Assembly (NCBI GenBank): GCA_050251055.1 | Contig: JBFWNL010000004.1 | Span: forward strand, 32,001-96,000 | Reading direction: 5' to 3' | Length of the DNA stretch: 64,000 nt | DNA from: Bacteriovoracia bacterium | GTDB taxonomy: Bacteria > Bdellovibrionota > UBA1018 > JBFWNL01 | Shown here: positions 9,242 to 18,587 of the stretch, one piece after another | How positions within the stretch are numbered: position 1 is the stretch's first letter | Layout: every line of letters starts with the position of its first letter | Notes under the pieces: model-generated | Told to the model about the DNA's origin: nothing | What the model saw: the letters and a program-made list of their open reading frames with translations, nothing else | Database searches by the model: none | Translations under genes and position numbers: made by a program

Positions 9242-9826
9242 GTGAAGTTGGTAGTCGGCCTTGGCAATCCCGGTCCCCGTTATGAAACCACCCGTCACAA
9301 TGCGGGTTTTTTGGCCGTGGATTCGCTCGTCGACCGTTGGCGGGCGCAAGGCCCCGTCACCAAATTCCAAGGCGAGGTCTACCAGGCTGAGCACAAAGGC
9401 GAAAAAGTGATCATTGCTAAGCCGCAAACGTTTATGAATGTTTCGGGCGCTTGCGTGGCCGAGCTTTTTAATTTCTATAAGTGCCGGCCGGAAGACCTCA
9501 TCGTGATTTACGACGAGCTCGACCTGCCGCCGCTCACCCTGCGCCTGAAAACCGGGGGGGGCGCCGGCGGGCATAATGGCATCAAATCCATCGATTCCCG
9601 CCTAGGCGATGCGAACAATAAATACCATCGCGTGCGCATCGGCATCGGCAAGCCCACACGCCCTTCGCAGGGCGACGGCGCTGACTACGTGCTCGCACCC
9701 TTCACGGACGACGAATTGGTAAAACTGAACGAGATCCTGGATCCCATCGGGGCGGCCGTCGAGCTGCTGATCGAGGGAAAGGCGGCGGAAGCCATGAACC
9801 GTTACAACCGGAAAGAGGAAGCATAA
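9242..9826 (+). CDS. pth: Peptidyl-tRNA hydrolase
   Basis: VGLGNPG..Y..TRHNAGF, KPQTFMN.SG, GGHNG. Confidence 0.97.
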   Translation: MKLVVGLGNPGPRYETTRHNAGFLAVDSLVDRWRAQGPVTKFQGEVYQAEHKGEKVIIAKPQTFMNVSGACVAELFNFYKCRPEDLIVIYDELDLPPLTLRLKTGGGAGGHNGIKSIDSRLGDANNKYHRVRIGIGKPTRPSQGDGADYVLAPFTDDELVKLNEILDPIGAAVELLIEGKAAEAMNRYNRKEEA

Positions 9827-10926
9827 TGGGTTTTCAATGCGGCATCGTAGGTCTGCCTAACGTGGGAAAATCCACGATCTTCAACGCGCTTACATCGGCT
9901 AAGGCCGAAGCGGCGAACTTTCCCTTCTGTACGATCGACCCGAACACGGGCATCGTGAAGGTTCCGGATCCCCGGCTCGATAACATCTCCCAGTACATCA
10001 AACCGAAGTCGCTCGTGCCTACCTCCATGACGTTCGTCGACATCGCGGGCCTGGTAAAGGGCGCATCCAAGGGGGAGGGTCTGGGCAACCAGTTCCTGGC
10101 CCACATCCGTGAGACCCAGGCTACCGCCCACGTCGTGCGCTGCTTCGCCGACCCGAACGTGATCCATGTCGAGGGCTCCGTGAACCCGCTGCGCGACATC
10201 GAAGTGATCGACACCGAGCTCATGCTCGCCGACCTCGAAACCGTCAGCAAGAAATTCGAAGCCACGAAAAAAGCCGCGCGCACCGGCAACAAGGACGCCG
10301 CCGCTATCTTCGGCGTCCTGGAGCCGGTGAAGAACGCGCTGGAGGCCGGCAAGCCCGTGCGCTCGCTGAAGCTGTCTCCGGAAGAACTCGCGCGCATCGC
10401 CGATTTCCATCTCATCACGGCGAAGAAAGTCATGTACGTCGCCAACGTCGACGATTCCGACCTTGAAAACCCCGACGCCAATCCGCACGTGAAAACGCTG
10501 CAGGAATACGCGAAGAAAGAAGGCTCCCCCGTGGTCGTGATCTGCGGGAAAATCGAGTCGGAAATATCCGAGCTTGGCGCCGAAGAGAAGAAGCAGTTCT
10601 TGCAAGAGCTCGGGCTGAAGGAGCCGGGACTCAACCGCGTTATCCGCGCGGGGTATGAGCTACTGGGGCTGAAAACCTATTTTACCGCCGGAGAAAAGGA
10701 AGTCCGCGCCTGGACCTTCCCCGAAGGCTTCAAGGCGCCCCAATGCGCGGGCGTGATCCACTCGGATTTCGAGCGCGGATTCATCAAGGCCGAGGTCTAC
10801 CATTACGAGGATCTGATGAAGCACAAGAGCGAAGCGGCGATCCGCGACGCGGGCGCCCTACGCCTCGAAGGCAAAGAATACGTCGTGAAAGACGGCGACG
10901 TCATGCACTTCCGTTTCGCGGTCTAG
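9826..10926 (+). CDS. ychF: Redox-regulated ribosome-binding ATPase YchF
   Basis: [44 protein letters not shown]-terminal TGS domain. Confidence 0.97.
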   Translation: MGFQCGIVGLPNVGKSTIFNALTSAKAEAANFPFCTIDPNTGIVKVPDPRLDNISQYIKPKSLVPTSMTFVDIAGLVKGASKGEGLGNQFLAHIRETQATAHVVRCFADPNVIHVEGSVNPLRDIEVIDTELMLADLETVSKKFEATKKAARTGNKDAAAIFGVLEPVKNALEAGKPVRSLKLSPEELARIADFHLITAKKVMYVANVDDSDLENPDANPHVKTLQEYAKKEGSPVVVICGKIESEISELGAEEKKQFLQELGLKEPGLNRVIRAGYELLGLKTYFTAGEKEVRAWTFPEGFKAPQCAGVIHSDFERGFIKAEVYHYEDLMKHKSEAAIRDAGALRLEGKEYVVKDGDVMHFRFAV

Positions 10927-10938
10927 GGCCCAGCGAGC

Positions 10939-11466
10939 TTAATTGTTCTCGAATTGGTCGAGGGCGGCGTTCAGCGCCTGATCGACGAAGGGCTGACTGC
11001 AGCTGCCGCCACCGGCAGAAATCAGGACCGTTCCTGGGGAAACGCTCACGCGCTCGTCCACCGCATAGACTTCCACCCCGTTCGCGCTTTGATAAACCGA
11101 ACCGCGCGCGTCCACGCAAAGCGTGGGCGAATCCAGCTTAACGCTGTCCCGCAAGCCGATCGTATCGACTAGGCAGAAGTCGTTCGCTTGAACGACGTCC
11201 TCCCGGTATACCCCGATCACTCCCAGACTGATCCCTTGGTTACTGGATTCAACGCTCGTACCGGCGAATGATTTGCATCGCCCATCCTGGTCGGACGAGC
11301 CCGTGGGGTTCGGACGCGGATTTTGCACGGCTTGGCGGTACACGCCCAGGTCGCTGCGCATAAGCAAATCCGAACAACCATTAAAAAGAAAGAGCGCGGG
11401 AATAACCGCTAGGCGCGCAATTTGCGCGATCGGGAGAACGTGCGAAGAAACGCGTTGTTTTTCCAT
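10939..11466 (-). CDS. Hypothetical lipoprotein
   Basis: Hydrophobic stretch ending FNGC, 175-aa ORF filling the intergenic space. Confidence 0.55.
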   Translation of the reverse strand: MEKQRVSSHVLPIAQIARLAVIPALFLFNGCSDLLMRSDLGVYRQAVQNPRPNPTGSSDQDGRCKSFAGTSVESSNQGISLGVIGVYREDVVQANDFCLVDTIGLRDSVKLDSPTLCVDARGSVYQSANGVEVYAVDERVSVSPGTVLISAGGGSCSQPFVDQALNAALDQFENN

Positions 11467-11553
11467 AACCCTTGAATCCTCATCCTTGCCCCCAATAACT
11501 CCTCTATTTTATCGCACCGACGGATAAAGAAAAGTAGGTCATCCGGGACACGC

Positions 11554-13911
11554 CTAAAGATAGGACGTATCGGTCTTAGGGAGGTCATTCGAGGTCGGGA
11601 ACGGTCCGCTCATGCCCCAAAAGTAATCCAGGGACTCGAGCCGTACTCCGTTCAGGCGGTAGCTGTACCAGAAATAATTTCGGATGATCGACGCGACGTA
11701 TTCGCGCGTTTCCGTGAAAGGGATGGACTCCACGAACTCGAGCAGTCCCCATTTCGGCTTCGCGGCCTGCAACCACTTCTTCGCCCGGTGTGGGCCAGCA
11801 TTATAGCCGGCCAGCGAGAGCGCGATGTTGCCTTTGAACTGACTCAACAGGGAAGCGAAGTATTTGCAGCCAACCCGCACGTTGACCTCTGGCTGCACGA
11901 CTTCCGTCTGAAAAACCGTATCGTCGGTTTCGACGGCCGTGAATGGCATGAGCTGCATGAGTCCCAGCGCGCCCGACGACGAAATCGCATCGGCTTCAAA
12001 CGCCGACTCTTGCTTGATGAGGCTCAGGACCAGCAAGGGATCCAAGCGCGCGTCCAGCGCCTGCTTCTGGATAACGTCTCGGTAGGCGAGCGGAAAGATC
12101 GAACGAAGGCCATAAGTGGAAACCAGCTCGCGGGATCCGCGCTGCAACAGCTCGCCGATGATTCGGAACGACTGCAGGTAATTCATCTGCGCGTCGTTCT
12201 GGGCCACGAGATACATCAGGTAAGGCGCCGGCAAGGCGGAGCGCGCGGACAGCTGCTGCATCTCGGTGGACGCGGCCTCGTGGGCATTCTCGGCGAAAAA
12301 CATCTCCGCCCGATCCAGGGCTTGCAGCTCCTTGGCCTCCAGGAAAGGCGCGCGCGGCTGCACCTTGGGCAGCGAGGCGTCGATGTAAGACTCCAAACGA
12401 ATGCCCGAGGCATAAGACGCCAGAATTCCGTAATAACTCAAGGGCGAGCCTTCGATCACGCTTTGGTAAGCCTTCTTGGCGTCTTCCCCCCGGCCTTTTC
12501 CCTCGAAGATCTTCCCCACCCAGAACAGGGCACGGAACTTCATCTGCGACTGCGGGAAGTCCGCCAGGAACTGTTGGAACTTATCGAGTGCGTCCGAAGC
12601 ATCGCCTTCCAGATAGGCGCCCATCGCCTCGTCGAACGCCAGGCGGTCCTTGTCGCCGGACTTGTAATCAACGAACTTCCTCCCGTAGTAAGGCGCCTTC
12701 GGCAGCTGCGTAATCTCGGGGGATAGCTTCGCCAGCTCCTTGAACTCCCGCGAAGCGTGCGGATAGATCTGCGCGATCTTCGGCACCCAGGCCGAGCAGA
12801 GGCTCGCTTCCTTCTTTTTGCAGACTTGAAAATAAGCAAGCACCGCCGGAAACGGCACCTTTACCATGAACCGCTTGGTCGGAATCCGGGAAAAGGCGCT
12901 TTCGAACTGGCGCAGGGATCCATTCCAGTCCTTTGCCCCAACCGCGGCCTGTGCCAACACGAGCTCCGCTCCCGCCACGAGCTCCGGCACGCGATCCAAA
13001 AGCGGTGAGGTCGCGTTCGCCAGCGCGATGCGCGAGGCCGACTCCATCGCGGCGCGGGCCAAACCCGAGGGTGACTTCGCCTCCGTCTTCCCTTTCTTAC
13101 CGCGCGAAGCCAACGCCGCCTGGGCTTCCCCCAGGTGGATGCTCGCTTCCAGGAAATGGGCGTAATCCGCGAACCACGGATCCGCGGTCAGGTCTTGAAC
13201 TTGCTCTCGCACGGTGCCGTATTTTTTTTTGGCCAACGCCTTAAACGCCGCGGCCAGCCGTCGCGCTGATTTATGACGCCGGTTCTTACCGATGGCATCG
13301 AGCACCTGATCGACAAACTGAGGCGTGGACAAATCGAGCTCGACGCTTAACTTCGTCGGCGCCACGGTCTCCGCCCCCTTGGCGGGCTTCGAAGCCGCTT
13401 TGCGGTTGGAAGGGGAGGCGTGGGCTTCGAGATATCCGCCCGCCAACATCAAACTCCCGGCCAATCCCACCACCGCCGTCCAAGATTTCAAGCTCGTCAC
13501 GGAAAATTCCTTCTTCACGTTCGTTAAAGCCGTTTTGCAATAACCCAGTTTCTTCCAGCCGCAAGGCGCGCATACCCGCTCATGGGCCTCGAAAGTCATT
13601 CGCTCCGCCAACCGCCGCTTCGCCTCGCGCCAGGTGTAAGTCTCGCCCGGACGCACGCCCAGGACCTCCGCATGTCCCCGATCCAACGTCTGGATCTTCT
13701 CCTCGGTTTCACATAAGCGTCCGCGGCGGTTGGGACAGGGCTCACAAATCGAATCGGTCGCCGCCTCGACCTCGATCTCGATGGCGTCACCTTGCGGCCG
13801 CTCACGCAACCGATCCACAATATCCTGGAAATTTCGGGTGAATACTTCCGAGTAACCCTTGCCTTGGAACCCCAACGCACAAAAAAAATGATGGGGCCGG
13901 AACTTCAACAT
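11554..13911 (-). CDS. DUF1284-like Cys/His domain fused to a TPR-containing soluble lytic transglycosylase (Slt-like)
   Basis: N-term RPHHFFCALGFQGKGYS...DSICEPCP...C...CAPCGW...C; C-term SLIKQESAF...GALGLMQLMP...AGYNAGP...ETREYV; TPR-like repeats in between. Confidence 0.85.
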   Translation of the reverse strand: MLKFRPHHFFCALGFQGKGYSEVFTRNFQDIVDRLRERPQGDAIEIEVEAATDSICEPCPNRRGRLCETEEKIQTLDRGHAEVLGVRPGETYTWREAKRRLAERMTFEAHERVCAPCGWKKLGYCKTALTNVKKEFSVTSLKSWTAVVGLAGSLMLAGGYLEAHASPSNRKAASKPAKGAETVAPTKLSVELDLSTPQFVDQVLDAIGKNRRHKSARRLAAAFKALAKKKYGTVREQVQDLTADPWFADYAHFLEASIHLGEAQAALASRGKKGKTEAKSPSGLARAAMESASRIALANATSPLLDRVPELVAGAELVLAQAAVGAKDWNGSLRQFESAFSRIPTKRFMVKVPFPAVLAYFQVCKKKEASLCSAWVPKIAQIYPHASREFKELAKLSPEITQLPKAPYYGRKFVDYKSGDKDRLAFDEAMGAYLEGDASDALDKFQQFLADFPQSQMKFRALFWVGKIFEGKGRGEDAKKAYQSVIEGSPLSYYGILASYASGIRLESYIDASLPKVQPRAPFLEAKELQALDRAEMFFAENAHEAASTEMQQLSARSALPAPYLMYLVAQNDAQMNYLQSFRIIGELLQRGSRELVSTYGLRSIFPLAYRDVIQKQALDARLDPLLVLSLIKQESAFEADAISSSGALGLMQLMPFTAVETDDTVFQTEVVQPEVNVRVGCKYFASLLSQFKGNIALSLAGYNAGPHRAKKWLQAAKPKWGLLEFVESIPFTETREYVASIIRNYFWYSYRLNGVRLESLDYFWGMSGPFPTSNDLPKTDTSYL

Positions 13912-13937
13912 AAAACCCTTACGACTTTTACCGGCGC

Positions 13938-14501
13938 CTAAACCGCGAGGTTTTGGCGCAACTCCTTCAAATCCTTCACGACGGCCTCGAGCTCGGCCTG
14001 CCCGGACTTGTCGACGCCCTTCATCGCGTTCTCGATGCGCGCGATCGCGGTCGACACGGTTTCCACCTTCTTGTTCATCGACTGATCAATGCCGTCAATC
14101 AGCACATTGTAACCGTCGGCGAGCTCCTGAAAGTGGTCGTACTTGCGGAACTTGAGATTGCGGCGGATCTGCCCACCCTGCGCCGAAAGAAAAAACTGCT
14201 GCAGCTTATAAATAGGGCCGGCGATTTTATGGGAGATGAAGATGCTGATCAGGAAAGTTACGGCAAGGAAGGCGACCTCGAGCCAAATCAAAAGATTCAT
14301 CACTTCGGCTTGGTACGGCGCGATCGAGTTCACCAACTGCGAATCGCCCTGATACTTGGCGAGCTTCACGAAGCTCTCGAACAGATTCGTGATCAACAAG
14401 GGATAGACCAAGCTCAGAACCAAGAGCCAGGAGCAGACGTAGAACGAAAAACGCAGCTGGAACTTCTTGTTGATCAGAAATATGTTGCGGCGAGTCTTCA
14501 T
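13938..14501 (-). CDS. Two-TM membrane protein with HAMP-like segment
   Basis: RRNIFLINKKFQ N-terminus, two TM helices, SHKIAGPIYKL...FRKYDHFQELADGYN. Confidence 0.75.
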   Translation of the reverse strand: MKTRRNIFLINKKFQLRFSFYVCSWLLVLSLVYPLLITNLFESFVKLAKYQGDSQLVNSIAPYQAEVMNLLIWLEVAFLAVTFLISIFISHKIAGPIYKLQQFFLSAQGGQIRRNLKFRKYDHFQELADGYNVLIDGIDQSMNKKVETVSTAIARIENAMKGVDKSGQAELEAVVKDLKELRQNLAV

Positions 14502-14558
14502 GGCCTAGATTTTACCTTAGCACCGCGTTGGAATGCACCACCAAAATAGGCGCCTAAA

Positions 14559-14897
14559 TCACTTACCGGGAATTCGCAGACGATCAACGGGCTGGCCACC
14601 CACGATGTGCTTTTCGACAATTTCCGCGACGTCATTAGGCGTCACGAACCCGTACCAGACGCCGTCGGGGTAGACGACGACGGAAGGGCCCGCCTCACAA
14701 ACCTCCAAGCAGCCGGCTTTTTGCGCGCGCACGACGTCACCTTTTACGCCCCGCTTGGCCAACTCCTCCTTGAAAGTTTTCAATAACGCCTCGGCGCCCT
14801 TCTCCTTACAGCAACCCCGCGGATGCCCCGGCGGCCGCTCGTTCATACAAACGAAAACATGGGCTTTGTACTGGGAATAGGCGGGGAGATTGGCCAT
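14559..14897 (-). CDS. Thioredoxin-like [2Fe-2S] ferredoxin
   Basis: HVFVC.NER..GHPRGCC...AGCLEVCEAGPSVVVYPDGVWY motif. Confidence 0.92.
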   Translation of the reverse strand: MANLPAYSQYKAHVFVCMNERPPGHPRGCCKEKGAEALLKTFKEELAKRGVKGDVVRAQKAGCLEVCEAGPSVVVYPDGVWYGFVTPNDVAEIVEKHIVGGQPVDRLRIPGK

Positions 14898-14906
14898 ACG
14901 GCCACC

Positions 14907-15185
14907 TTACCGTCCGATTTGGACTTCGTCCACGACGGCGATCACGACGAGCTGGGCGGCCATGGGCGCCGACGGATCGGGCAGCGCGGCCTGGCGAGCG
15001 CCGGTGCCTTCTTCTAACAGCAGCACGGTATCGCCCGGACCGGCGGAAACGGTATCGATCGCGATCAGCGGCTTCTTCACGTCCCCGAAACCTTCCACGG
15101 GCAAGACTTCTAAAAGCTGGCGAGCCGGAATGGAGTCGAGCTTGGCGGTCGAAACGACGCGGCCGGTGACCTTAGCTAATATCAT
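14907..15185 (-). CDS. BMC pentamer (vertex) shell protein, EutN/CcmL family
   Basis: MILAKVTGRVVSTAK...IAIDTVSAGPGDTVLL...IAVVD. Confidence 0.92.
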   Translation of the reverse strand: MILAKVTGRVVSTAKLDSIPARQLLEVLPVEGFGDVKKPLIAIDTVSAGPGDTVLLLEEGTGARQAALPDPSAPMAAQLVVIAVVDEVQIGR

Positions 15186-15456
15186 CGATAATCCCCGTCA
15201 CGGCGGCATCCACCGGATACATATTCGCGACCGGCGCGCCCGAAAGCGCCATGGAGGCCTCGCGCTTGCCGACCCACATCACTAAATCGCCCTCGCGCGC
15301 GCCGACGCCGTCAATCGCAACAATCGGATCGCCGCTGGCGCCGCCGAGGGCTTCGCGCTTGCGGTCACAAGGCACGAGCACCTTGAGGGCCACGCCTTTC
15401 AGCGTATCCACTTTCTGGGTAGCAACCACGGTTCCTCGGACGACGGCGTACTGCAT
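15172..15456 (-). CDS. BMC pentamer (vertex) shell protein, EutN/CcmL family
   Basis: V.GTVVATQK...VAIDGVGAREGDLV...PVDAAVTGIID. Confidence 0.92.
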   Translation of the reverse strand: MQYAVVRGTVVATQKVDTLKGVALKVLVPCDRKREALGGASGDPIVAIDGVGAREGDLVMWVGKREASMALSGAPVANMYPVDAAVTGIIDDIS

Positions 15457-15475
15457 GCGCTCCTAATACTCCCGG

Positions 15476-16102
15476 CTAAAAATGCACCAAGGCTTCTTCT
15501 TGCGGCCGCGCGATGAAATCCACGCGGGTGAAGCTTTCAAGTTCTTTGAGCGTGGTGGCCGCGGCTTCCAAGCCCGCTTCCACCTCTTCCTGCTTGCCCG
15601 TTAACACGTAATAAGCCTTGCCCCCGATGCCCTGGCCCAGGCGGAAGCGGCAGAGCGAGACTTTTGCGGTCTTCAGCGCGCGGTCGGCCGAGAGAATCGC
15701 CGCGGCGAGCGTGTGGGATTCCACGATGCCGATGGAGTCGTCTACCTGCGTTTGGTCCGTATGCCCGTCGTCCGTCCAGATCGAATCCAGAAACGGCACG
15801 AGGTCCTCGTGAACGGAGGGGATGAAGACATTGCGCAGGATGCAGCCGTCGCCGGATTCCTGCACGGCCTTATAGGATTCTTCCACCGAAGCGACGTCAC
15901 CGAAGAAAAGCAGGCAGTGCTTGCCCGAAGAAATCGGCTGTGAAGCGATCACCCGCACCGGCGCTTTTTTCAAAGCGACGTCGGTAAGGAAAAGCCCGCG
16001 AGAAATGCTATTGAGCTCGACGAACCCGAGCGCGGGGATCTCATGGGTCGCCAGACCCTTGATCCATTGGCGCGCTAGCGTGGGTTTAATCGTCGCTGCC
16101 AT
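15476..16102 (-). CDS. BMC-T tandem-domain shell protein (single-layer type, similar to H. ochraceum T1)
   Basis: Two BMC domains: ALGFVELNSISRG...D..LK.A.V...GDVASV and IGIVE....AAAILSADRALK.A.V...GIGGK. Confidence 0.88.
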   Translation of the reverse strand: MAATIKPTLARQWIKGLATHEIPALGFVELNSISRGLFLTDVALKKAPVRVIASQPISSGKHCLLFFGDVASVEESYKAVQESGDGCILRNVFIPSVHEDLVPFLDSIWTDDGHTDQTQVDDSIGIVESHTLAAAILSADRALKTAKVSLCRFRLGQGIGGKAYYVLTGKQEEVEAGLEAAATTLKELESFTRVDFIARPQEEALVHF

Positions 16103-16123
16103 TTAAGCTCCTGAGGTCCCTTT

Positions 16124-17746
16124 CTAAACAATCCGAAAATGATCTTTCAACGTGCATCGGCGGATGCGCGAAAAAGTCCGGCAAGTCGTCAACCCTTCGC
16201 CAGTGGGCGAAGCGATCGTGAACGACGTAAACCCTTCCCCACCCAGGCCCAATCCCGCATAGCTTGGGGCGTTCTTGATAAAAATCGAGGTATTGATCTC
16301 GCGGGCCATACGATGAAGATTGTCGATGTTCTTGCTGTACATGATGGCCGTGTGGCCATTGCCGTGTTCCACGCGTTTGGCCATGTCGATGGCATCATCC
16401 ACGTTCTTCACGCGCACGAGCGGAATCACCGGCATCAGAAGCTCGGCCTGCACGAAGGGGTGGTTTTCTTCCACTTCGCAGAACACGATGCGGACTTCTG
16501 AACCCACCGTCACGCCGATCTTCGAGAGAATGACGGAAGCGTCCTTGCCGACAAAAGCCTTGGCTGGATACTTCCCGCCCGACTCCTTATCGAGGATGAT
16601 CTGCTCGAGCTGGCGGACCTGATACGGGCTGATGAGGTAACCACCCGCTTTTTGCAGCTTCTTCTTGAGCTCGTCGGCGATGGAGGCCACCGCGATGATT
16701 TCTTTTTCCGCGATGCAGACGATATTGTTGTCGAGCGAGGCGCCCTTTACGATCCCGTCGGCGGCCTGATCCAGATCCGCGGTTTCATCGACGACAACCG
16801 GGGGATTCCCTGGGCCCGCGGCGATGACTTTCTTGCCCGAGGCCATAGCGGCCTTCACGACGGCGGGGCCGCCCGTTACGACGAGGAGACGGATACCCGG
16901 ATGCTTCATCAAAGCGCCCGCGGTTTCGATCGTCGGTTCTTCCACCATCGTAAGCGTGCCGCGCGGGCCGCCCGAGGCGACGATCACGTGGTCCATAATC
17001 TCCATCGTACGGATCGAGACGCGCTTGGCGCTCGGATGCGGGTTAAACACGACCGCGTTACCCGCGGAAAGCATCGAAATTCCATTGTTAATGATGGTCT
17101 CGCTAGGATTGGTCGTGGGCGTGATCGCGCCCAGCACGCCGAACGGCGCATACTCGACGAGGGCTAACCCATCGTCGCCCGTGAAGGCGCCCGAGTCCAG
17201 GTATTCCGGGCCGGGAGTCTTGTTGATCACGAGCAGGTTCTTCGAAATTTTGTCTTCGTAGCGGCCCAGGCCGGTTTCGTCCACGGCGAGGCGCGAGAGC
17301 TCGTCGACGTGGCGGCGCAGGGTCGCGCGCATCTCGTTGATGATCTCCTTGCGGCGGGTGAGCGAGAGCGCCACCCACTGCGTCTGCGCGCGCTTGGCGG
17401 CGGCGACCGCTTCGTCAAGCGTGCGATAAGCGACGAGCGACTTGCGTTCGGTTTGATCGATACGCTGGGAAACCGAGCGGTTCTCCATGCGCGACGCCGG
17501 CACCTCGGCCGAGCACGGCACCGCGTACTTGCGGGAAGTCGGGCTCGCCGGCGTATTTTCTTGGTTAAAGTTTTCACGATCAAAATTCTTAAGGGCGGCA
17601 GCCGGAGAAATCTCGGCGCGCGCCGAAAACCCGCTGACCGCGCCCGTGCTCCCGGGATTCGGGGAGCCCGCCGACACGTTCTTCCGACCCAGCAGCTTTT
17701 CCGCCACTCGGTCCGCCAATATAGAAACTTGATCCGGACTGAACAT
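16124..17746 (-). CDS. CoA-acylating aldehyde dehydrogenase (EutE/PduP family) with N-terminal encapsulation peptide
   Basis: ITPTTNPSET, VTGGPAVV, AGPGNPPVVVDETAD, catalytic NNIVCIAEKE, FTIASPTGEG; amphipathic N-terminal helix plus long linker. Confidence 0.92.
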   Translation of the reverse strand: MFSPDQVSILADRVAEKLLGRKNVSAGSPNPGSTGAVSGFSARAEISPAAALKNFDRENFNQENTPASPTSRKYAVPCSAEVPASRMENRSVSQRIDQTERKSLVAYRTLDEAVAAAKRAQTQWVALSLTRRKEIINEMRATLRRHVDELSRLAVDETGLGRYEDKISKNLLVINKTPGPEYLDSGAFTGDDGLALVEYAPFGVLGAITPTTNPSETIINNGISMLSAGNAVVFNPHPSAKRVSIRTMEIMDHVIVASGGPRGTLTMVEEPTIETAGALMKHPGIRLLVVTGGPAVVKAAMASGKKVIAAGPGNPPVVVDETADLDQAADGIVKGASLDNNIVCIAEKEIIAVASIADELKKKLQKAGGYLISPYQVRQLEQIILDKESGGKYPAKAFVGKDASVILSKIGVTVGSEVRIVFCEVEENHPFVQAELLMPVIPLVRVKNVDDAIDMAKRVEHGNGHTAIMYSKNIDNLHRMAREINTSIFIKNAPSYAGLGLGGEGFTSFTIASPTGEGLTTCRTFSRIRRCTLKDHFRIV

Positions 17747-17760
17747 AAAACTCCTTCAGT

Positions 17761-18048
17761 CTATTTACGAAAAGTGGTTTCTCCGCCGGCATCGACTTGG
17801 TCGACGATCGCCATGATTACGGCGTCCACCGGCTTATTCTGGGTGACTTCGGTTTGGCGCGCGCTGGAACCCGCGCAGTAAAGCACAACTTCGCCCACGC
17901 CGGCGCCGACCGAGTCCACCGCCACGACCTGGGCGCCCTTGGCGCCGCCCGTCAGATCGGACTGCTGCACGACCAAGAGCTTCAAACCTTCTAACTTTGG
18001 ATCCTTGCGGGAGGCGACGACCGTCCCGACGACACGACCTAAATTCAC
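17761..18048 (-). CDS. BMC pentamer (vertex) shell protein, EutN/CcmL family
   Basis: GTG start 18048 after GGAGG; [13 protein letters not shown]...[20 protein letters not shown]...[11 protein letters not shown]. Confidence 0.93.
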   Translation of the reverse strand: MNLGRVVGTVVASRKDPKLEGLKLLVVQQSDLTGGAKGAQVVAVDSVGAGVGEVVLYCAGSSARQTEVTQNKPVDAVIMAIVDQVDAGGETTFRK

Positions 18049-18066
18049 GCGATCCTCCCTTCGCCA

Positions 18067-18124
18067 GGGGTCAACGGCCGCGGGCATCCCGAAAACCTGG
18101 GAACCCGCGGCCGCCCTTGCCCCT
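18067..18124. other. GC-rich intergenic hairpin between BMC-H and BMC-P genes
   Basis: CGGCCGCGGG...CCCGCGGCCG perfect 10-bp stem with inner TCCC/GGGA and outer GGGG/CCCC pairing. Confidence 0.6.
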
Positions 18125-18138
18125 TTTAAAAACGCGAA

Positions 18139-18489
18139 TTACTGATTCAGCTCGGTGCCACGGCGCGAGGACTTCGAGCTGGTCGAAGTAGCGGCCGAAG
18201 TCGTGTTGCCACGGCCGAGCGGCAAGGCCGCGTCGACGTTGGCGTGCGGGCGCGGGATGACGTGCACGCTGACGAGCTCGCCGACTTTTTCGGCGGCGCG
18301 GGCGCCGGCTTCCACGGCGGCCTTCACGGCCGCGACGTCGCCACGAACCACGGCGGTGACGTAACCGCCACCGATGCGCTCATAGCCCACGAGGTCGACG
18401 CGCGCGGCTTTCACCATCGCGTCGGACGCTTCCACGAGCCCCACGAAACCCTTCGTCTCAATCATTCCCAATGCGTCTGACATACTCAC
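18139..18489 (-). CDS. BMC-H hexamer shell protein
   Basis: [26 protein letters not shown]...[19 protein letters not shown]...[18 protein letters not shown]; AAGGA RBS before GTG. Confidence 0.95.
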   Translation of the reverse strand: MSMSDALGMIETKGFVGLVEASDAMVKAARVDLVGYERIGGGYVTAVVRGDVAAVKAAVEAGARAAEKVGELVSVHVIPRPHANVDAALPLGRGNTTSAATSTSSKSSRRGTELNQ

Positions 18490-18587
18490 TACTTTCCTTT
18501 CATTGAACTACGGTACTTCTTACTGGCCGCCGGATGACTTGCCCCCCTAAATGGCCCCTCACCCGGAAACCAAAAACTTCCTACTGA

